This document shows positions 36,351 through 40,585 of a DNA stretch of 40,585 nucleotides, one piece after another (position 1 is the first letter of the stretch; every line of letters starts with the position of its first letter). Origin of the DNA: Nemertoderma westbladi (lineage: Eukaryota > Animalia > Xenacoelomorpha); contig JAUCBJ010007632.1 of the NCBI GenBank assembly GCA_032718475.1, positions 1 through 40,585 of the forward strand. Reading direction: 5' to 3'. The translations under genes were made by a program, and so were the position numbers. The notes under the pieces are model-generated. The model was not told the origin of the DNA and did not search any database. It saw only the letters and a list, made by a program, of their open reading frames with translations.

Positions 36351-37560
36351 TAACTCCTGTCCCCGTATGCACATAACTCCCCGATAACACAATTTAAGGG
36401 TCTCAGCTAATTTCGTATTTATCATTTATATTAGGCCCAAGCTAAAGTGTTTTTAGATCTGATCATTACTATTTTGTCGAGAAATATATGATTTGAAAGG
36501 TCCTAAGTTAGAATTATGAATCGAGACATAATATTAGGTCCTAACTTAGAATTTATGCAGTGTATATTTGATATTAATTTGACACATAATATTTGAATAA
36601 GTATGTAATATAAGAGCTCTTTTGAGCTCAACTAACTAACTAACTACATACATATTGTTATGTGAACTTTACCGATCATTTTAAAAATACAGTCACGTAC
36701 GCCTAATAAAGTATATTTACTATACTGTATATTAATTCACCGATAATAATTCTAAATTATACTAATTAATTTGTAGCTAAAAAGTATTTTGTATACAACC
36801 ATACCGGTAATATTATATGTCACGGATAAAAAAGTCCTAACTTAGAGAATTATACAATACAAAACATAGAACTATACAATATACTAAGTAGATACACAAT
36901 GTTGATACATAGTGCGGTACGTAGTGAAAAATATTCGTAACAATTCTAAATACTTAGAGGCACGTAGAGAGTCTCGGGTTCTCGGGCTTGGGTGCCCGAG
37001 CCCTGGCTCTCTAGAATCCAAGGCTCTTCGTTGGCTCGAGAACTCGGGATCTTGGAGACCTCGGCTCTGTTCAATATATAATAATATGTATATTATTGAT
37101 TAATTAATTACGTGTGTTCATCTAAATAATAATACTTAATTATCGTGCAGTTACATTTACTCTTTTACTGTAGTGCTGTACTGCCAGGACATTCTGTCAT
37201 GTATGACTAAAAATAATAATAAAAATATTATGCGCGCTGAAATGTGGAGGTGCCTTGGTGCCTTCATGAGAAAAAATTTGATTTAAGGGCCAAATTAGTC
37301 AGTACAGTAGTAGACCCATCATATGTTTCACTAGAAAAATAAAATATGTATTATTTTTAATTAAATGTTATAACAAAAATTCAACAAATATCTGTATAAT
37401 CATTAAACACGGAAGCTATAAAATATGTTATAGATGAACGTTTGTTTGCCAAGTTTTATATTAATTTCTGGGGCCAAATGTAACTTCCTCTTTGGCATGA
37501 ATGGCAGGGAAATAGTAACAATATGGTAGATTTATGTTGAGTAACCGATTGTGCAACAAC

Positions 37561-38172
37561 AGTAGGTGACGTCAAATAGATATTAAATCTCACTCTTGTT
37601 AGAGAACCAAATATTATATGCTTTATTGTTAGATAAACACAGACAGACTCAATTATGGATTAAACTAAACGATTTTCCGCCGTTTCTTAAATTTAAATCT
37701 AAAAAAAAAAAATTAAACTTAAATTAAATTTTGCGAATATTTGTGGGGCGAGCCACAACGTTAGGTAACATTGGTGTAGCGGTTCCATAATTGAGCTGCC
37801 TGTCGGCGATTATACCAAAGTTGGTACACAAGTAGTCGGTCAAAAGTCGGAAGTATTCTAGAAGGGAATATCCGTATAATATCAACTATAAAAAAAGTAC
37901 ATGTAAATCAATTATTATTCGGCACCGAAATAATTTTCTATAAACTGGTAGTATACAGTACTGTATGCCATCAGGAAGCTCAGAAATAAATTTAAGCAAA
38001 TTCGACCTGAGAGTCCTCAAGATATAATTCATATATTTTTTATTTACCAATAAGAAATCAGGGCTGCAGTGTTGTACAGTACTGTTAATCTGTTGTATTA
38101 CCATTCAATTCTTCATTTAGTATTTCATAAACCACAAAGGAAATATTAAATGCATAACAAACAATTGTGATA
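37561..38172. repeat. Duplicated satellite-flank block, copy 2
   Basis: Aligns with 5988-6610. Confidence 0.9.
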
Positions 38173-40585
38173 ATAATTTAACGATTCTAAGTCTAACCAA
38201 TGCTAGCTACTCTAATCTAACGATTCTAAGTCTAACCAATGCTAGGTACTCTAATTTAACGATTCGAACTCTAACCAATGCTAGCTACTCTAATCTAACG
38301 AATCGAAGTCTAGCCAATGCTAGCTACTCTAATTTAACGAATCGAAGTCTAACCAATGCTAGCTACTCTAATTTAACGATTCGAACTCTAACCAATGCTA
38401 GCTACTCTAATTTAACGATTCGAAGTCTACCCAATGCTAGCTACTCTAATTTAACGAATCGAAGTCTACCCAATGCTAGCTACTCTAATCTAACGAATCG
38501 AACTCTAACCAATGCTAGCTACTCTAATTTAACGATTCGAAGTCTAACCAATGCTAGCTACTCTAATCTAACGAATCGAACTCTAACCAATGATAGCTAC
38601 TCTAATTTAACTATTCGAAGTGTACCCAATGCTAGCTACTCTAATTTAACGAATCGAAGTCTACCCAATGCTAGCTACTCTAATTTAACGAATCGAACTC
38701 TAACCAATGCTAGCTACTCTAATTTAACGAATCGAAGTCTACCCAATGCTAGCTACTCTAATCTAACGAATCGAACTCTAACCAATGCTAGCTACTCTAA
38801 TCTAACGAATCGAAGTCCAACCAATGCTAGCTACTCTAATTTAACGAATCGAAGTCTAACCAATGCTAGCTACTCTAATTTAACGAATCGAACTCTAACC
38901 AATGCTAGCTACTCTAATTTAACGAATCGAAGTCTACCCAATGCTAGCTACTCTAATCTAACGAATCGAACTCTAACCAATGCTAGCTACTCTAATTTAA
39001 CGAATCGAACTCTAACCAATGCTAGCTACTCTAATTTAACGAATCGAAGTCTAACCAATGCTAGCTACTCTAATTTAACGATTCGAAGTCTACCCAATGC
39101 TAGCTACTCTAATTTAACGATTCGAAGTCTACCCAATGCTAGCTACTCTAATTTAACGAATCGAACTCTAACCAATGCTAGCTACTCTAATTTAACGAAT
39201 CGAAGTCTAACCAATGCTAGCTACTCTAATTTAACGATTCGAAGTCTACCCAATGCTAGCTACTCTAATTTAACGAATCGAAGTATAACCAATGCTAGCT
39301 ACTCTAATTTAACGAATCGAAGTCTAACCAATGCTAGCTACTCTAATTTAACGAATCGAAGTCTAACCAATGCTAGCTACTCTAATCTAACGAATCGAAG
39401 TCTAACCAATGCTAGCTACTCTAATTTAACGAATCGAAGTCTAACCAATGCTAGCTACTCTAATCTAACGAATCGAAGTCTAACCAATGCTAGCTACTCT
39501 AATTTAACGATTCGAAGTCTAACCAATGCTAGCTACTCTAATCTAACGAATCGAAGTCTAACCAATGCTAGCTACTCTAATGTAACGAATCGAAGTCTAA
39601 CCAATGCTAGCTACTCTAATTAAACGAATCGAAGTCTAACCAATGCTAGCTACTCTAATTTAATGATTCGAACTATAACCAATGCTAGCTACTCTAATTT
39701 AACGAATCGAAGTCTAACCAATGCTAGCTACTCTAATTTAACGAATCGAAGTCTAACCAATGCTAGCTACTCTAATCTAACGAATCGAAGTCTAACCAAT
39801 GCTAGCTACTCTAATCTAACGAATCGAAGTCTAACCAATGCTAGCTACTCTAATTTAACGAATCGAAGTCTAACCAATGCTAGCTACTCTAATTTAATGA
39901 TTCGAACTATAACCAATGCTAGCTACTCTAATTTAACGAATCGAAGTCTAACCAATGCTAGCTACTCTAATTTAACGAATCGAAGTCTAACCAATGCTAG
40001 CTACTCTAATCTAACGAATCGAAGTCTAACCAATGCTAGCTACTCTAATTTAACGAATCGAAGTCTAACCAATGCTAGCTACTCTAATTTAACGAATCGA
40101 AGTCTAACCAATGCTAGCTACTCTAATTTAACGAATCGAACTCTAACCAATGCTAGCTACTCTAATTTAACGAATCGAAGTCTAACCAATGCTAGCTACT
40201 CTAATTTAACGAATCGAAGTCTAACCAATGCTAGCTACTCTAATCTAACGAATCGAAGTCTAACCAATGCTAGCTACTCTAATTTAACGAATCGAAGTCT
40301 AACCAATGCTAGCTACTCTAATTTAACGATTCGAAGTCTACCCAATGCTAGCTACTCTAATTTAACGAATCGAAGTCTAACCAATGCTAGCTACTCTAAT
40401 TTAACGAATCGAACTCTAACCAATGCTAGCTACTCTAATTTAACGAATCGAACTCTAACCAATGCTAGCTACTCTAATTTAACAATTCGAAGTCTACCCA
40501 ATGCTAGCTACTCTAATTAAACGAATCGAATTCTAACCAATGCTAGCTACTCTAATTTAATGAATCGAAGTCTAACCAATGCTAG
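38173..40585. repeat. 39-bp satellite array, copy 2 (>60 units, runs off the window)
   Basis: Same unit and orientation as 6611-7828. Confidence 0.97.

Noticed and set aside
35860-37070. hAT-like element suggested by CCGAG / CTCGG subterminal motifs
   Set aside because: I could not define TIRs or a TSD by eye.
38173-40585. Satellite arrays as CRISPR or telomeric repeats
   Set aside because: Contiguous 39-bp units with no unique spacers, in a eukaryotic context. TCTAA/CTAAC submotifs are present but there is no true telomere repeat run.

Overview
AT-rich, intron-containing metazoan (probably invertebrate) genomic DNA with many repeats. The left end carries the first two coding exons of an Islet-class LIM-homeobox gene (minus strand, continuing out of the window), and a 5'-truncated Ty3/Gypsy element lies just upstream of it. 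The main content is a tandem cluster of paralogous single-pass receptor genes on the minus strand: gene A (20555->9601), gene B (34886->24512) and an orphan truncated first exon (22127->~21810). Their architecture is signal peptide - highly variable N-terminal domain - several Ig-like domains - Ig+FN3 module(s) - TM - long tyrosine-motif tail, built from phase-1 exons. The paralogs show a hypervariable distal domain beside a stretch that appears nucleotide-identical, mosaic exons, an exon duplication, a lost acceptor in A and a 1-nt frameshift just before the TM in B. This resembles a rapidly diversifying immune or allorecognition receptor locus (inference). Introns and spacers hold RTE-clade LINE fragments, a GC-rich CRE-clade retrotransposon with a 13-bp TSD, a tRNA-derived SINE, several MITEs, a Helentron/HINE-like element and mini/satellites, including two 39-bp arrays. 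All calls and coordinates were made by eye, with no searches run.
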